Positions 12,746 to 26,075 are shown, numbered from the stretch's first letter. The stretch: DNA of 64,000 nucleotides from Dicyema japonicum (GCA_011109175.1 RDEW01000002.1:1337584-1401583); one strand, 5' to 3'. The notes: generated from the letters alone by a model not told the origin. Numbers and translations are program-made.

Positions 12746-13149
12746 AAATACATCATTACGAATAATCACTCTTTAGTAGAATTATCATAACGCCAAAATA
12801 TCAATAAGGACGTAATAATTCAATATTGATTTCAGGATAAACTTTGTGGTTCTGTTGCCATGCACATTTAAAGTTCACTATTCCCGGATATCATTATGGG
12901 GATTAATTTATAATTCTTCCTCATTTTACAATCATACCTCCTCACATATTTCCCTACAATGCGATCTCTTCATTGGGAAACCTAGTCATATAAAGTATCC
13001 AAAGACATTACAAGTGTCCTCGAGAACTTGGTATTCCTGAATACTTACACAAATACCCGTCACACACTCTTCTACAATTATAGGAGTAACATATGACACA
13101 TTGATGTGCTTTACCGTTCACATGAAAAGAACATGTGGAGTCGGTTTTT

Positions 13150-14330
13150 TTAAATGTTTAAGAAGAGAATTAAAATCAGTTTCGTCTTAGGAAGACTTTT
13201 CCGATTTATGTTGGGCACGTTGGAGGATCAAAGACGTAAGATTACGAATGATCGCGTGCCAAGGATCACCAAATAATTTGACTTTTTCTTGTCAAATTTC
13301 TCGGTGACCCCAGACATCTTTTACATCATCCAGTTTACATACTCATGTCGGTAGAGATGGGTGGTGCCCACATCGTAGACGAGCCAGGTTTACCAGGATT
13401 TCCCTAGGAAGAGAAGATTCCGATTGGTCTATTAGAGGAGAAGGTCGGCGTTGTATTTTATTATCACCGAGTCTTCGGACGGTTCTAGTAGAAACATAAT
13501 CGTGTATCTGTTTCAAACGACCGTGGTCATTAGTGTAGAAAGGGATGGATGAAAGCATTCGAGACAGGTCACGTTGTCATAATTTTTCTTTCTTTTAGAA
13601 GTCTTCATAGAGAGTGACATGGATCGTCTGGGATAGAGGTTGGGAGAGGAACTGCAGAGCTCTCATTTCCAAATGTTCTCCAATGGGAAAGATTTTTAAT
13701 TTTCAGTGATTATCAATATGGGTTTATTTAAGACATCCGGTAATGGTCTGAGCGCGATGCTTTTTTTCAATTTATTTGTAGTTTGTCAAGTTGAGGGAGG
13801 CAGAAATCGAAAAACAAGGTTCGAATGAATTGTTTATGATGGTTAGGTCCTCGACCGAAAGAACAGCCTGACAAAGTTTTCAGTATGTTGATTTTGCGAG
13901 AGGCCTTTGTGCATTATTCCTTCACATGTTTCGAGAAAATCAAGTGTTAGTCGAAAATTACTCCATGTATTTTTGGATGTTTCCTTACTAAAAGTAATTG
14001 TCCACTAATTTTAAAATTGGCTAAAAATTTGATGTGAATAAAGTGACAGTGAATTTCAACGGAGAAGGAGATAGTTGATTTGCTCCAAGCCACTTTTCAA
14101 GAGAATTTAAGTGGTTATGGACATCATTTGTTGCTTCGTTAGCGTCATTATCTTAGAGACGATAATCTGTTCATCCGCATATGATAAGACAGGTCTCTTG
14201 GAATATCGCTTAGGTGCAAGTTGAATAAGGTGGGAGACAAAACTGAGCTTGAGGAAATCTACTTGAAAAAAATCGGTAGTGAGATAAACAAGACATAATT
14301 TCAGCCTAACCTAGTCTTCCAGATAGGAAT
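13150..14330 (-). mobile_element. Jockey/I-like LINE 3' portion, decayed
   Basis: Thumb-region remnants, LARLRCGHHPSL, degenerate C-terminal Zn-knuckle, A-tail near 13150. Confidence 0.7.
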
Positions 14331-14561
14331 TTCGTTAACTAATTATGAAGACTTAGAGGAATTCGAGATGTAAGATTTTTTTAGAACTCACCTTGATGTT
14401 CTATCATACGGATTGGTTAGATAAATCAATGCAAGGATTGTACGTTTGGGAGTATTGTAATTATTTAATTCATCATATTAGAATGAGCGAACAAAATTAA
14501 TTTAATTAGTAATAATTTGATATTATAAAATTTAAATTAAATAGAGTAAATAATAACTATT

Positions 14562-15165
14562 ATGGGTGTTATTGGGAAGAATTCGAATCAAATTAGTGGT
14601 AGTTGGAGATGGTGGATGTGGAAAGACATGTTTATTGTTACAAATGGCAGGACAGGGTTATAACCATAACTATATACCAACAGTATTTGAAAACTATGTT
14701 CGTGAATCAGAATTTGTGGGAAGAAGGTAAGACTAATATTAATGTTTTTGGTTGAAATGGCTCTATGGGACACAGCAGGACAGGAAGATTACGATCGACT
14801 ACGTCCACTATCATATCCTGACACTGATGTATTCCTTATATGCTTTTCAATTGAGAGTCTTGAATCTCTCGAGAATGTATCTACTAAGTGGGCTCAAGAG
14901 GTAATGGTATGCATATATATAGATTGAGAGATATCGTGGTCGTAAGCCTTTTATATTGGTTGGTACTAAAAGTGATTTGAGGAATGGTCCTGGAACATTG
15001 GTTAGTAAAGATCAAGCAATAAAACTTTCTGAACAAATCCATGCATATAGTTACGTTGAATGTTCCGCAAAAGATGGTACTGGCATTGAAGAACTCCATG
15101 ATCTTGCTGTACGTATTTCAAAGCAAAATTCATCCAAAGTAAATAAAATGTGCTCTCTTATTTGA
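14562..15165 (+). pseudogene. RHOA: RhoA/Rho1-like small GTPase, divergent, with a damaged first exon (pseudogene or sequence error)
   Basis: [64 protein letters not shown] end CSLI. Clean 22-nt intron at 14901-14922. ATG 14562 is out of frame with the P-loop, and intron 14727-14750 ends in TG. Confidence 0.75.
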
Positions 15166-15502
15166 CATTTAACTGTTATACGGAATTATTAATCTTTAAT
15201 ACTTTTAAGGAATTTACATTATTAATATAAGAGTTTACAAAATAGGAGACATTCTTAATTTGCATTACTAAACAACTGAGAATATTCATTATAAGGAAAG
15301 GTTGTAGAATTATCATAGACATCCTACACTTTCGATTGAACACTTAGTATAAAGAGGAAGTGGGTGCCTAAGATTGGAAGATGATAATGCGTCGTGGTTA
15401 AATAATTGATGCTAAGTTACTTCAAAGATTTGGTTAACATTACCGATAAAATATACATTTTAAGTAAGCATTGTTACCACTTTTAATTAGACTAATATAT
15501 TA

Positions 15503-15600
15503 CAGTAAACTTCCTAATCTGCTGCTTTTCGAATCCGCTTGTTTTAATCGAAAATATAGAATTTCCTATGGACAATTCTCGAATCCGCCTTTAAAAATGG
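15503..15600 (+). repeat. pogo-type TIR/left end, diverged direct repeat of ~17142-17240
   Basis: TA|CAGTAAACTTCC..GAATCCG; shares the upstream flank TTAGACTAATATATTA with the second copy. Confidence 0.6.
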
Positions 15601-17105
15601 AGTTTTTCCCCAAAATACAGGTCGGACTGTGTCACATTTTGGTTAATCGAATAGATGAAAATAACTCTTCCGTCTACAAGATTTCTTAATAAAATAACAG
15701 GAATGTTTTCTGAGATTCATCTATTTTCTTCAGTTTTCTTTGTGATAATAGTGTATCCGACTTGCTGTGCTCCTTGTGTGTATTTTTTATGTAGAATTTT
15801 ATCAAGTTGTTCACATCTCTTTGAACATAATCCTCAGATTAAATTTCATCATTTTTTGCCACGTTTAGAATAGGTTTCCATACTTCTCCTGTAGTACGAT
15901 TTCAATTTATTGTTGTAAGCACACGATTCCGCTTTAACCTCTGGACCCTGAGCTTTTTGGCCATATTTCATTATTCAATTCTCTGATCAATAGTTTCATT
16001 TCAGGGGTGATCCGGTTAGATTTTTTAAGTTTATTTATTTCTTGAATCAAGGTCGTCTTTCCTCGACTAATTTTAATTAATGTTAGAAATAGCCATTGAT
16101 TTTGCTTCTAAGATTATGGGGGTAAAGTACTGATAGCCTTATCCAGAGAAATGAAGCTATCCAAGTAACAATTCTTCATTTTGTCTTACGGGATTCCGCG
16201 ATGCAATTTCCAGTTAGCACCTTTTTAATTGTGGCTGTTAGGAATAATCCTCAAGTTGGACTCTCTTTTGATCTTCACAAAAGTCGGATTATGGTGGCTT
16301 CCTGTTTCGTATAAGACTGCTCAATCAATTTTTGATGAAAGCGACGATAAGTAGAGTGTTAAGTCCGGTGAGGTGAGCATATTTGTCTCTCTGAGAAGTG
16401 TCCTTGTATTTCTCGATGGATTATTAAATATTGTTAGGGCGTCCTTTTGCGACAACAATAGTTTCCCTATCGTATCAGCTAGTTGAGTTCACAGCCATAA
16501 GGATTCAGATTCCCGTAGATGAAGATCTCATCGAAGGAAACCAGTCTTAATAGGTTTGCCATAGCATAGCTCTTAGGGCAGGAACCAGGGGGCGGAACAT
16601 AGATATTCACAGGCATAGTCTTCCTTTCGTTGTCCCGAGCGAGATTCCAATTATTTCTGTTACATCATCATCCCAAACAAGTTGCTTCACTTCCGAGATG
16701 TCTCTGCATTTCAAGTTCTTTTTGAATAGAGTAACCAGACATCCACCTCTTCTCTTTTTACGATTCATCCTGATAGCCTTGTATCCGTGGAATGTAGGGG
16801 TATGGTCATAAAAAAGAGTTTGGTCTCATGAATCATAGCCACGTTGATCTTATGACTTGCCAGGAGTGAGCGGAGTTTCCTGATTTTTCCTTTAATTCCA
16901 TTTATGTTGGAGACCAGTAAAGTGCTTTTCTCTTAGATGGCCTGAAGATTTCTTCCGGAAAAGTTTGATCTTCCGCGAAATTCATTGCACAGGGGCGAGA
17001 ATGTCCCCGGGAGAGTGGGGTCTAAAAGTCCTTTTTCGGTGGGCATTAGGTGCCCCTGAGGGTTTCCAAATTCTTTTGAATTGTTGGACCACATAACGTC
17101 ACACT
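15600..17105 (-). mobile_element. Jockey/I-like LINE 5' half (APE to start of RT), same family as 7015-9490
   Basis: Reverse complement aligns by eye with ~7020-8160 (e.g. AACATAAATGGAATTAAAGG, GAAATGCAGAGACATCTC). Confidence 0.75.
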
Positions 17106-17141
17106 AAAATATAATGAATATAATATTAGACTAATATATTA

Positions 17142-17830
17142 CAGTCAAACCTCCCGCTGCTTCGAGAATCCGCTTTATTAATCGAAAATTTAGAATATCC
17201 TCTGGACAATTTTAGAATCCGCTCTTTATTAATATTGAAAATTTTTTGTATTTAATTGTAAGCTAAATTAATGAATATTTTAATTACATGCAAAATTGTT
17301 TTTCGTTGTGCTATTCCTTCTGTCAACGAAAAAATTACAATTCTTCGCTATATGTCTGAAAACATGTCAGTTTCTGCGCCTCAAATTTCCAGGATTTTTT
17401 CTTCCAGGCTGAAAAAGACGATTTCTAAATTAGAATCCGACCTTTTGAATAGACTGATATAAAAACATTAATCACAAGAATTCCAAAACTAAAATTCAAT
17501 GAAATTGATGAAATGATTGCATGGATTAATGAGGATGAAACTTGAGTTTTTTTACGGGGAAATTCCTTCTAAAAGTGTATGCATTAAATCGAAGCCTAAA
17601 ATAAAGTTTTCGAAGGATTGATTTTCATTTTTTTGAAAATCGTTCCGATGCGGATAAAGAATATCTGTGATGAAAGGAAGATAAAAAATCCTAGGTGTTT
17701 CAAAAATTTTAACATTAGAAATTATATTCTTAAACATCTTCTAACAAAGCATGGATGGACTGTGAAATTTTAACAAATGGTTGAGTGATTAAGAATAGAT
17801 TTAGATATGTTCGTGCCCCTGTCTGAATAC
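17142..17830 (+). mobile_element. pogo/Tigger transposase remnant
   Basis: TA|CAGTCAAACC TIR; SVNEKITILRY HTH-like segment; KNPRCFKN and SNKAWMDCE DDE_1 motifs. Confidence 0.7.
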
Positions 17831-17979
17831 ACTGGTCTCTTTTTGCCAGGATTATGTCGTCAGCATAAGCGAGGATCAGAGTATCGTTGCTGCTATGGGA
17901 AGGCGCGTAATAAATTGTTTTTTTAATATTATTATTAATTTGACTTACTTAATTTATCCTTATCATGTAGCATTTTTGG

Positions 17980-20045
17980 TTGAGCTGGTGACGTGGCTCT
18001 ATTGCACACATGTCTTTTTCGTGCTTTTCTTCGGGATCTTTCACTATTAGCTCGTTCAATGTAAGAGGATTAAAGTCGGATACTAAAAGAAGAAATTTAT
18101 GCGTGGATCTTGGATCGTACAAGGTAACTGTGGCGTGCTTACAGGAAACGAAAGTAAAAGGCGGACTAGATGAAATCAACAATGATTTCCGCCTGATTCT
18201 GCACCCTTCGAATTGCCCACATTACGGCATGGGATTTGCAATACAAAAAGAACTGAACAATCGAATCCACAAGACGTGGAGGGTGAGCGATAGAATATGT
18301 GTTTTACAATTAAAATACGGTGAAAGGAACAATTCCATAATCTCCATTATTAATGTATATGCACCAACTTCGGTGAGAGTATCAATCAATGGAGAGCTAT
18401 CAAAATTCATTGAGAGAAAAGATCAACAGTGGAATAATGAAAAAATGCCTGGGGAGCTGTGGCAAGACACCATCGATGCAATAAAGTGCGCGGCCCATTC
18501 AACAGTTGGAGTAAAACCGAAGCATTTCAACGGGCACTATGACTACGAGCTTGAAAAATTATCCAAATTGCAGAGGAACCTACGTTTACAGGTCGAAACC
18601 TGTCAGGACCAGGCAAAGGAACACACTCTAAGAGTCATGTGGAACCAAACCCTGTATAAAATGAAGAAAAGAACGAGGGAAATAAAGGAAAATTAACTTG
18701 CTGGAATGGCTAAAGAAGTAGAAAGACTCAAAAACGAAGCGCTAAAGGCCCCTTAACGAATTTAAGACCCATCGTACTATTGACGACTCTACGCAAGACA
18801 CTATCACTTATAGTGCTGAACAGGATTGGATCTGACATCGAGAACTTTCTCTCTCACGGTCAAAGCGGATTCAGGTCAGGGAGATCTACAGCTGATGTGG
18901 TCTTGGGACATCAATTGCTTTGTGCAACACATCAAAAGTATAAGGGGGCTATTGGCATCCTTGGCATAGACATGTCCAAAGCCTTTGACTCTATACACAG
19001 AAAGAGACTTTTGGATATTTTGGGAAAGTTGGTTGACGAGGACAGTGTCAGAATGATCCGCCTATTACTTGGAACAACGCAGCTAAGTGTACGTTTTGGA
19101 AATTTGGAGTCTGTCCCATTTGAGACAACGTTCGGGGTACCGCAGGGAGATTCTTTGTCACCGGTACTTTTTGTGACATATCTGGAGGCGGCACTCAGAG
19201 ACTTCAGACTATTAATTGGCGATCTACCTCAAACTGAAGTGATTTATGCAGATGATATCGACTTTATATCCAACGACGAGAAAACATTAAACTATATACG
19301 GACAAGGATGCCAGATGTCCTAGAAAAATGGTTCATCAAAATCAATACGGAAAAGACGGAGACAACTACCATACGCCGTGAACTAACCCGAACTGATGAA
19401 AAATGGAGATACTGTAAAAAATTGGGGTCGTTGCTCGGAGACGCTGAGGATATCACTAACAGGAAGATGTTGGCCGTCGCGGCCTTTAGAAAAATGGGAG
19501 TAGTCTGGAATCATCGTAAACAAATTAGCACACAATTACGTGTGAGACTATAATGCCTTCGTGAAACCAGTCCTAATGTACAACGCTGCAACCTGGGGTG
19601 TCTCAGAAGCGGTAATGGACAAACTAGATGCCTTCCATCGTAAGCAACTCCGACTGTTGCTTGGCATCAACTGGCCAAAAAAATTACAAACAAAAATCTA
19701 TACAAAGTATGTAATACAAGACCATTGAGTCTGGATATCCTGGAATCAAGATGGCGTCTGTTTGGTCACATCCTTCGAATGAGCCAGATGACGCCTGCTA
19801 AAATATCAATGGATAACTATTTCTGCCCAGAAGTGAATACCTCGTTCCGTGGAAGACCTCGCATAACTTTGCCAGAGGTTCTACACAAGGACCTGACCAA
19901 TGTAGGACGAAAGCTGAAAACTGGAGATGATCTGGATACGCTCGGAATAACTGCCTGTAACCGCGGAGCATGGAGGAAGTTGTCAAGAGAATTGTACAAG
20001 AAAAAATAACCTAAAGAAAAATACGGCACAAGCGGAACCTTAATT
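17980..20045 (+). mobile_element. RTE-clade LINE (second family), internally deleted and decayed
   Basis: SFNVRGLK, ACLQETK, INVYAPTS, QSGFRSGRST, GVPQGDSLSP, YADD, SRWRLFGHILR, RGRPR. Confidence 0.9.
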
Positions 20046-20469
20046 AAATAAATTACATTTTTGGTTCTTCGAAAGTTCTATTAATAATAATATCATGTAG
20101 CAATAAGAGTTGCACTTTTCTCCACCATTGTTGAAGAAAAAATTACGGTCTTGTATAAGACACAACAATACTTCGGATCTTGGAGAATTACGGAAAAAAT
20201 TGAGAAACACTTTTATGTTCATTTGATTGTTATCAGCATCGAGATGATCTCCAAATGGGCATAAGATAGAAATGTGGAGCGTGTGTTAAATTAGTAAAGG
20301 GGATACCTTCACGAACAAGTGTCATAACCCCTCCCCATTTTTTCCTTAGTACGGTCCATGCGAATGGATGAGTATTTCAATGAATTGTGGAGTAAGACGT
20401 GATAATGGTGACAATAGAATTTCTTGTATTAAAGCAATACCACATCATATCTTTTAATATTTAGCTTTT

Positions 20470-21615
20470 CGAGCTCACATTATTTAGGACCAGACAACAT
20501 AACCACATGTGAACTGAAGCACCTAGGCCATCGAGCCCTGAAACTATTAGCCTATATATCCAACCTATCCATTAACATGAATACATTCCCTGAAATATGG
20601 AAGAAATCTCCAATCAAACATATTCGAAAACCTAACCAATAAATAAACCATTTTCCTATCACCCAATATCTATTCTGAGTCCGGTCTCAAGGATCCTTGA
20701 AAGGCTTGTTCTGGAAAAAGCACAAGACTCAATCTCAATACTTTCGACCCAGCACGGATTCCAGCGTAATTATTCGACCATACACACCTCACAGCCCTCA
20801 CCCAATTCATTGCGAAAGGATTCAACTCCCCCAAACCCCATAAAAGAACAGTACTTATATCCGTAAACATCACAAAGCGTTCGATTCAGTCCCCAAGAAA
20901 CTCCTTACAAAGAAGATATTTGAACAACATCAAATCAAGATTTCGCTACTTTCCAAATGGAGTACCCCAAGGCTCCCCACTGTCACCCCAACTCTTCAAT
21001 CTCTACAAAACGAAATGCCACAAATCTGTAAAATCCTTATGAAGAACAAGATTATTCTTATTAACAAAACACCGAAGATTTTGGAAAGTCACTTTTGATC
21101 AGGGACTCTCATTTATCCGACATGTTGAGAACAAAGAAACTTTTGCTCTGAAGAAAATGAGAATTTTAAAAGTGCTCTCAAAAACTCTTAGAGACCAAAC
21201 TGGGAGCCTAGTCACGGTTTATTAACATTTATCCGACCCACGATGACGAATGCAAGTCCTTCGTGGGCAATGCAGATTTCACGATCCTCCACACTGAAAC
21301 TATCCGCAATCGAGGAGACTACAACAAGGTTAATTGGACAAGGACATAAATCCAGCCCAATGAAAACTTCTTAATCGAATTACAACAGAAACTTTTAAAG
21401 GCGGCTAGTTTACCGAGCTGCCCTCTGTCCCATACACTATCGAAATATCTACAATCATGCAGAAAGTTTAACCTATGCCGTGTCTGATGAAAAGAGCTGT
21501 ATAGGATTCTCAACCCCTCCGGACTCGTCGTCTCTCTTGTCGGTCTGGGATCACTTAGTTAGTTGAGAAAGTTTATTTCTTTCTAACGTTTACCCCCAAT
21601 GATCCTGGGGGTAAT
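20470..21615 (+). mobile_element. Jockey/I-like LINE fragments ending in a perfect 3' hairpin
   Basis: GPDNIT..ELKHLG, QHGFQ, GVPQGSPLS. GGATCACTTAG end of ORF; hairpin at 21590-21614. Confidence 0.7.
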
Positions 21616-21649
21616 TTTATTTACTTTATTAAACCCGAAATCACTAGAA

Positions 21650-22520
21650 AGAGGATAAAAGTTATCGTCTAATTATTGATCCAGGTGTCCATACCAGTCC
21701 TTTTCCTGCTGTTAGTTTTGGAGTCCTGGATTAATCTCCACAGCGGGGAAGGTTTCTTCTCATATCTCGGGCAGGTGTCCAGATATAGTTTATGTCCGGC
21801 CAGAGGGAATGGTCAGGGGACTTTGCTATCTTGAGGAAGTCCGGGTGACGTTCCGTAAGGTATTCCAAGATTGAAGGAAGCTTAGTGTTCTCCATAGTAA
21901 CGAAATTTACGTCTTTTTTGACGATCTCAATAGTATTCTGAGACATCGGTTTTGTAAAACATCCAGCTTGCTCTGTGCGATAGTGATAACGGGGCAATCA
22001 ATACGTAGGCGTACTCGATACTCGGTAGAACAAATTGTTTGTACAGAAGTACTAACGATATTGGAGAGTGAATTTTCTTTTGGATTAGTCCACTTGATGG
22101 GTAAATGTGAGTAGGAGATCCAGGATGACTCCAGGGATTGAAAGGGTCATGTTAATAGGAAGCGGGGAGTAATAATGTTATTCGTTGTGTTGCCCGTAAT
22201 TCTTTTAGTGCTGAGGTAAACGTAATTACATGTGACTTTCCTGATGATATTTTCAGACGGTTCTTCAGGAACTTCTTCAGGAACCAAAGACCCATCAGGT
22301 TTAGTAGATCTTGCATGGACCGACAACATAACCACACGAGTGATCATGTGGGTAATAATAATAATAATAATTTTAGTGTTAGGTATTCCGATGGGTCCAG
22401 GTTGTACGTCTCCGAAAATGGCAAGAGACTCTAGGAAGAGGCTGAACCTCCCCTTGATCCTGTCGAAGAGAAGATCTACATCCAATTTTGTAACTGAGGA
22501 GGTGATGAAATAAAAAATCA
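21650..22520 (-). mobile_element. Highly decayed LINE RT/thumb
   Basis: Frameshifted QDLLNLMGLWF..NRLKISSGKSHVITFT and LLYKQFVLPSIEYAY. Confidence 0.6.
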
Positions 22521-22769
22521 AGAATATTTAACTGGTTTCGTTAATGGGAAATCATTTATTATTAAAAATATGTTTAATAGTTACTCCAATAATTCTATAA
22601 TAAATGTCGTATAACATAAGAACCAGGGTCCATCTACGTGTCCGGGGTGATAAATCAAACTAATCACTCCAAAACATATGGTTATAGGAGTCATTGATGA
22701 AACCAACTCATTTTTAAAAATTTTCAGGACTTTTTTACTTTAACTTTAACAACTTTATTAGCAAGGAAA

Positions 22770-23460
22770 ATTAAAGAGGTTAGTTGGCCTCATGCCGCAA
22801 GTCCTGCAAACCCTTGAACTCTTCTCTGCACTCGTTCATTTTGTGCTGCAACATACGAGTCAATGATGGCATTTCTTTTTAGGAAATTTTCCATCCTTTT
22901 TTCTGCTGAATCTCTTATCGACATTACTAGCAAATTTTCATCTTCATCTAGCTTCTCGTCGAGCCTTTTGTGTAGGGCAATCTTGATCACTGCTTTCCTC
23001 AATTTTTCAAGAAGCAAGATAAAACGCGTTTTGTATGCAGTCTAATACCATCCTTCCACTATATAAAGGAGTGCTGGAATGATCGTACTTGAAAAAATAA
23101 TTAAAAACATATCCGTTTCGAGTCGCAATTTCATTGTACAGAAAATCGCATGGTGAGCTTTTTTCCTTTTAAATTAGCACAATGTGCTCCTAGATTTCTC
23201 AAAAGCTGTTCCGAGATACTTCAGAGAGCTCACAATGTCGATTCTGCATGCGGAGTCTTTATGATTTTCTTTACCATTTTTACCGAAGAACCTCATTGCA
23301 CTAGATTTTTCTTCTGACAATTTTAACCCAGTCTTTTATCTCTTCCATGTACACATTGAGTCTCCTCTCTGAGATCATGCTCGATCTCAGAGACATCAGA
23401 AAATGAGTATATCAGTGATCTCCTACTTGGTGTAGTCGGAAACGGGAAACCGGCCATTAG
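22770..23460 (-). mobile_element. Highly decayed LINE RT/thumb
   Basis: RRLNVYMEEIKDW, KSSAMRF, VSSLKYLG, STIIPALLY. Confidence 0.55.
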
Positions 23461-23969
23461 AACATTAATCACACGGGTGGCTTGATGCCTATGGGGAACC
23501 TGTTTTTTCCGTGTTTCCATGGTAACAAGATATCAATTGCTAAATTTAATTCAGTCCCGTTGTCCGAGTGTAGAATTTGACAAAGTCCATGTATGTGAAA
23601 AAGGACTCCAAATTCAGAGGGATCTGGCATGTGTTTCTATCTCGAACTCGCAATCCAGAGGAATTACCAAATTTTTTATGTTTCCGTTCAAGAATAGTCT
23701 GAATTAAATCAGAATTAGACTTATCGTTTCTAAGCGAAAAATGTGAGGTCTTTTCTCGTACTCTCCGTTTCATTTGAGTATTTATATCTTTAGGATCGAT
23801 ACCACATAAGATCTGTTTAATTTTTTAATATTCGACAAGATCTCTGATATACCCCCTAAATTGAGCGTTTCATTTGAGTACTTATATTTTCAGGATCGAT
23901 TCCACATAAGATCTGTTTAATTTTTTAATATTCGACAAGATCTCTGATATACCCCCTAAATTGAGACAT

Positions 23970-24375
23970 AAAAATCACTAAAGCCATGCTGTTAAAATTA
24001 AAAGAAATCAGGTTAGTTATTTAATGAATACAGTTTGAATTAATTTTTTATTTAGAATTAATGAATTAGTTAAATGTTGTTCTTATAATAGTTACAAAAA
24101 ATCATATTATGTATTATATTTTTTGTTACCACGGAAACACGTAAAAAACAGGTTGCCCATGTGACATATTACTNAATCACTAAAGCCTTGCTGTTAAAAT
24201 TAAAAGAAATCAGGTTAGTTATTTAATGAATACAGTTTGAATTAATTTTTTATTTAGAATTAATGAATTAGTTAAATGTTGTTCTTATAATAGTTACAAA
24301 AAATCATATTATGTAGTATATCTTTGGTTCTCACGGAAACACGTAAAAAACAGGTTGCCCATGTGACATATTACT
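23970..24375. repeat. ~200-bp near-identical tandem duplication around a single N (24174)
   Basis: 23974-24173 is repeated at 24175-24374. Confidence 0.85.
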
Positions 24376-25060
24376 CTTCGTTTTTTTAAATTTCGTCTCA
24401 TTGACCATCAAGATGCAAGTAATGCTAGTTTATTATGCTTTTTCCCTAAGGATCCGGCAATCAATAGCACTATTTTTAGTCCTCGTTCCGAAAATCGGTG
24501 ACCGATGTCAAGGTCTCCCATTTTTGTCCCATACTACTTCGAACACGTTTTTATACAAAATTAAAAATTTCGTTTTTCCTCCAAAAAGAGGCCGGTAACC
24601 ATTTGTTTTGGAATGTTAAGTTTGACTTATCAGCCCAGGAATTCCACAATCGTACATTGGATGAGTTTTGTAGTTCATTAGTGAAAATGTATCCTCGATT
24701 ATCTTAAACAGCTTTATATGTGCAATGACATATTTGTGTGAATCATAATTCAGCTCTCTTTTAACAATTAGAAATAAATACAGAAATTTTCTAAATCTAA
24801 AACATGAAATTCGTATTGCGATTAGCGACAAAATCCCAAGATTCGACAAAATCATCAAAAATAAACATAAAAAAGCCAGTAATTGTTTACTTTTGTTTTT
24901 CTTATTTTTGCTTTTTTAAAGTTTATTGTGTTTGATTGTTAATTTTTTATTTTTTTATAAATTAGCAAATTTCTGGTTAAATAAAAATAATAATAATATA
25001 AATTAAAAATGTTTTTGGGGTGCAAGAGTTTATGAAAAAAGATTTAGGAATGCGAGCTCT

Positions 25061-25080
25061 GAAAAGCTTGGGAACCTCTG
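25061..25080 (-). mobile_element. hAT (Charlie/Buster-type) terminal inverted repeat
   Basis: Reverse complement CAGAGGTTCCCAAGCTTTTC resembles the TIR at 34991. Confidence 0.6.
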
Positions 25081-25259
25081 CTATACGACAATAAATAATA
25101 AAAATAACCCCAAAATACCTGCCAAACCATACCCAACAATAGATGCCCTCCAATAGAAAATTCCAGAAATACAAAAAAGTAAAAGCAATTACTAACCAAA
25201 CCCAATAGAATACCCTAAAATGCTATTTCTGTTTCCAAAATGATTTCTTCAACCTGCTT

Positions 25260-25750
25260 TTCAAAGAATTTGAATTTCGAATGGATAGACATAATTGAAG
25301 AAATTACAAGTTCCTATAATTCTGTCCAGCATTCAACAACTTTGCACGCTTTTTTTAAATTGATGTTCGGAGCTTCTGCCAATGAAACCATAGATAATCA
25401 TTAGTCAGAAGAGGAAATAATGAAATATTTAAGCAAATTGATTCATGAAATGAAGAAACACAAACTAAAGCAACTGAATATTTTGCATGGTTTTGGTCAT
25501 AAATTGAAACTTCGAGAACAAAAGCAATTTTAAATTCAAACAACGTTGAAAGAAAAATGTTAACAAAAAAAATGTGGAAGAATGATATTTATATTTTTAA
25601 CATCAGTGATCGAGTTGTTAAAAGGGTCTATCTCAATAATAATAAAAAAACACGAAAAAGTTGCTTAAACGAACACATTGATACATTCATATATCATGTT
25701 AAAAGAGTATCTGCCACAGGAATGGTTGATCTAGAAGGAGATGAAATGTG
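25260..25750 (+). mobile_element. Decayed retroviral-type (Gypsy/Ginger-like) integrase C-terminal region
   Basis: WIDIIEEITSSYNSVQHSTTLHAFFKLMFG resembles the W..YN..HSTT..PF.LMFG motif; followed by a FNISDRV..KTRK segment. Confidence 0.4.
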
Positions 25751-26075
25751 ATTCAAAAAAATAGCAGAGACTTAGCGAAGCTAGAATAATTTTACAATAT
25801 AATTTTTTTAATTTTTTATAATAAAAACAGTTATTATTATTTTAGAGTAAATATGATCATCAATAAAGTTGAGTTCATTATAATATCATTAGAGTTAGTT
25901 TTTAAGCTTTCAGCTTTGCATTAGAGTTAGGAAAACTTAGGGATATATATTAGAGTTATACAACGAACAGAACGTAAGAAAACTAACAATTTGACGAGAC
26001 ACAGCTGTAATACACAATTTAATTTGAAATAGCAAAAATCACCAATGTAACTAAGAGAAAAAGTATTCATTAAGT

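Noticed and set aside
21731-22521. Novel ORFs, including a hydrophobic plus-strand ORF (MWVIIIIIILVLG)
   Set aside because: These are alternative or antisense frames of a decayed LINE; the poly-Ile comes from a (TAA)n microsatellite.
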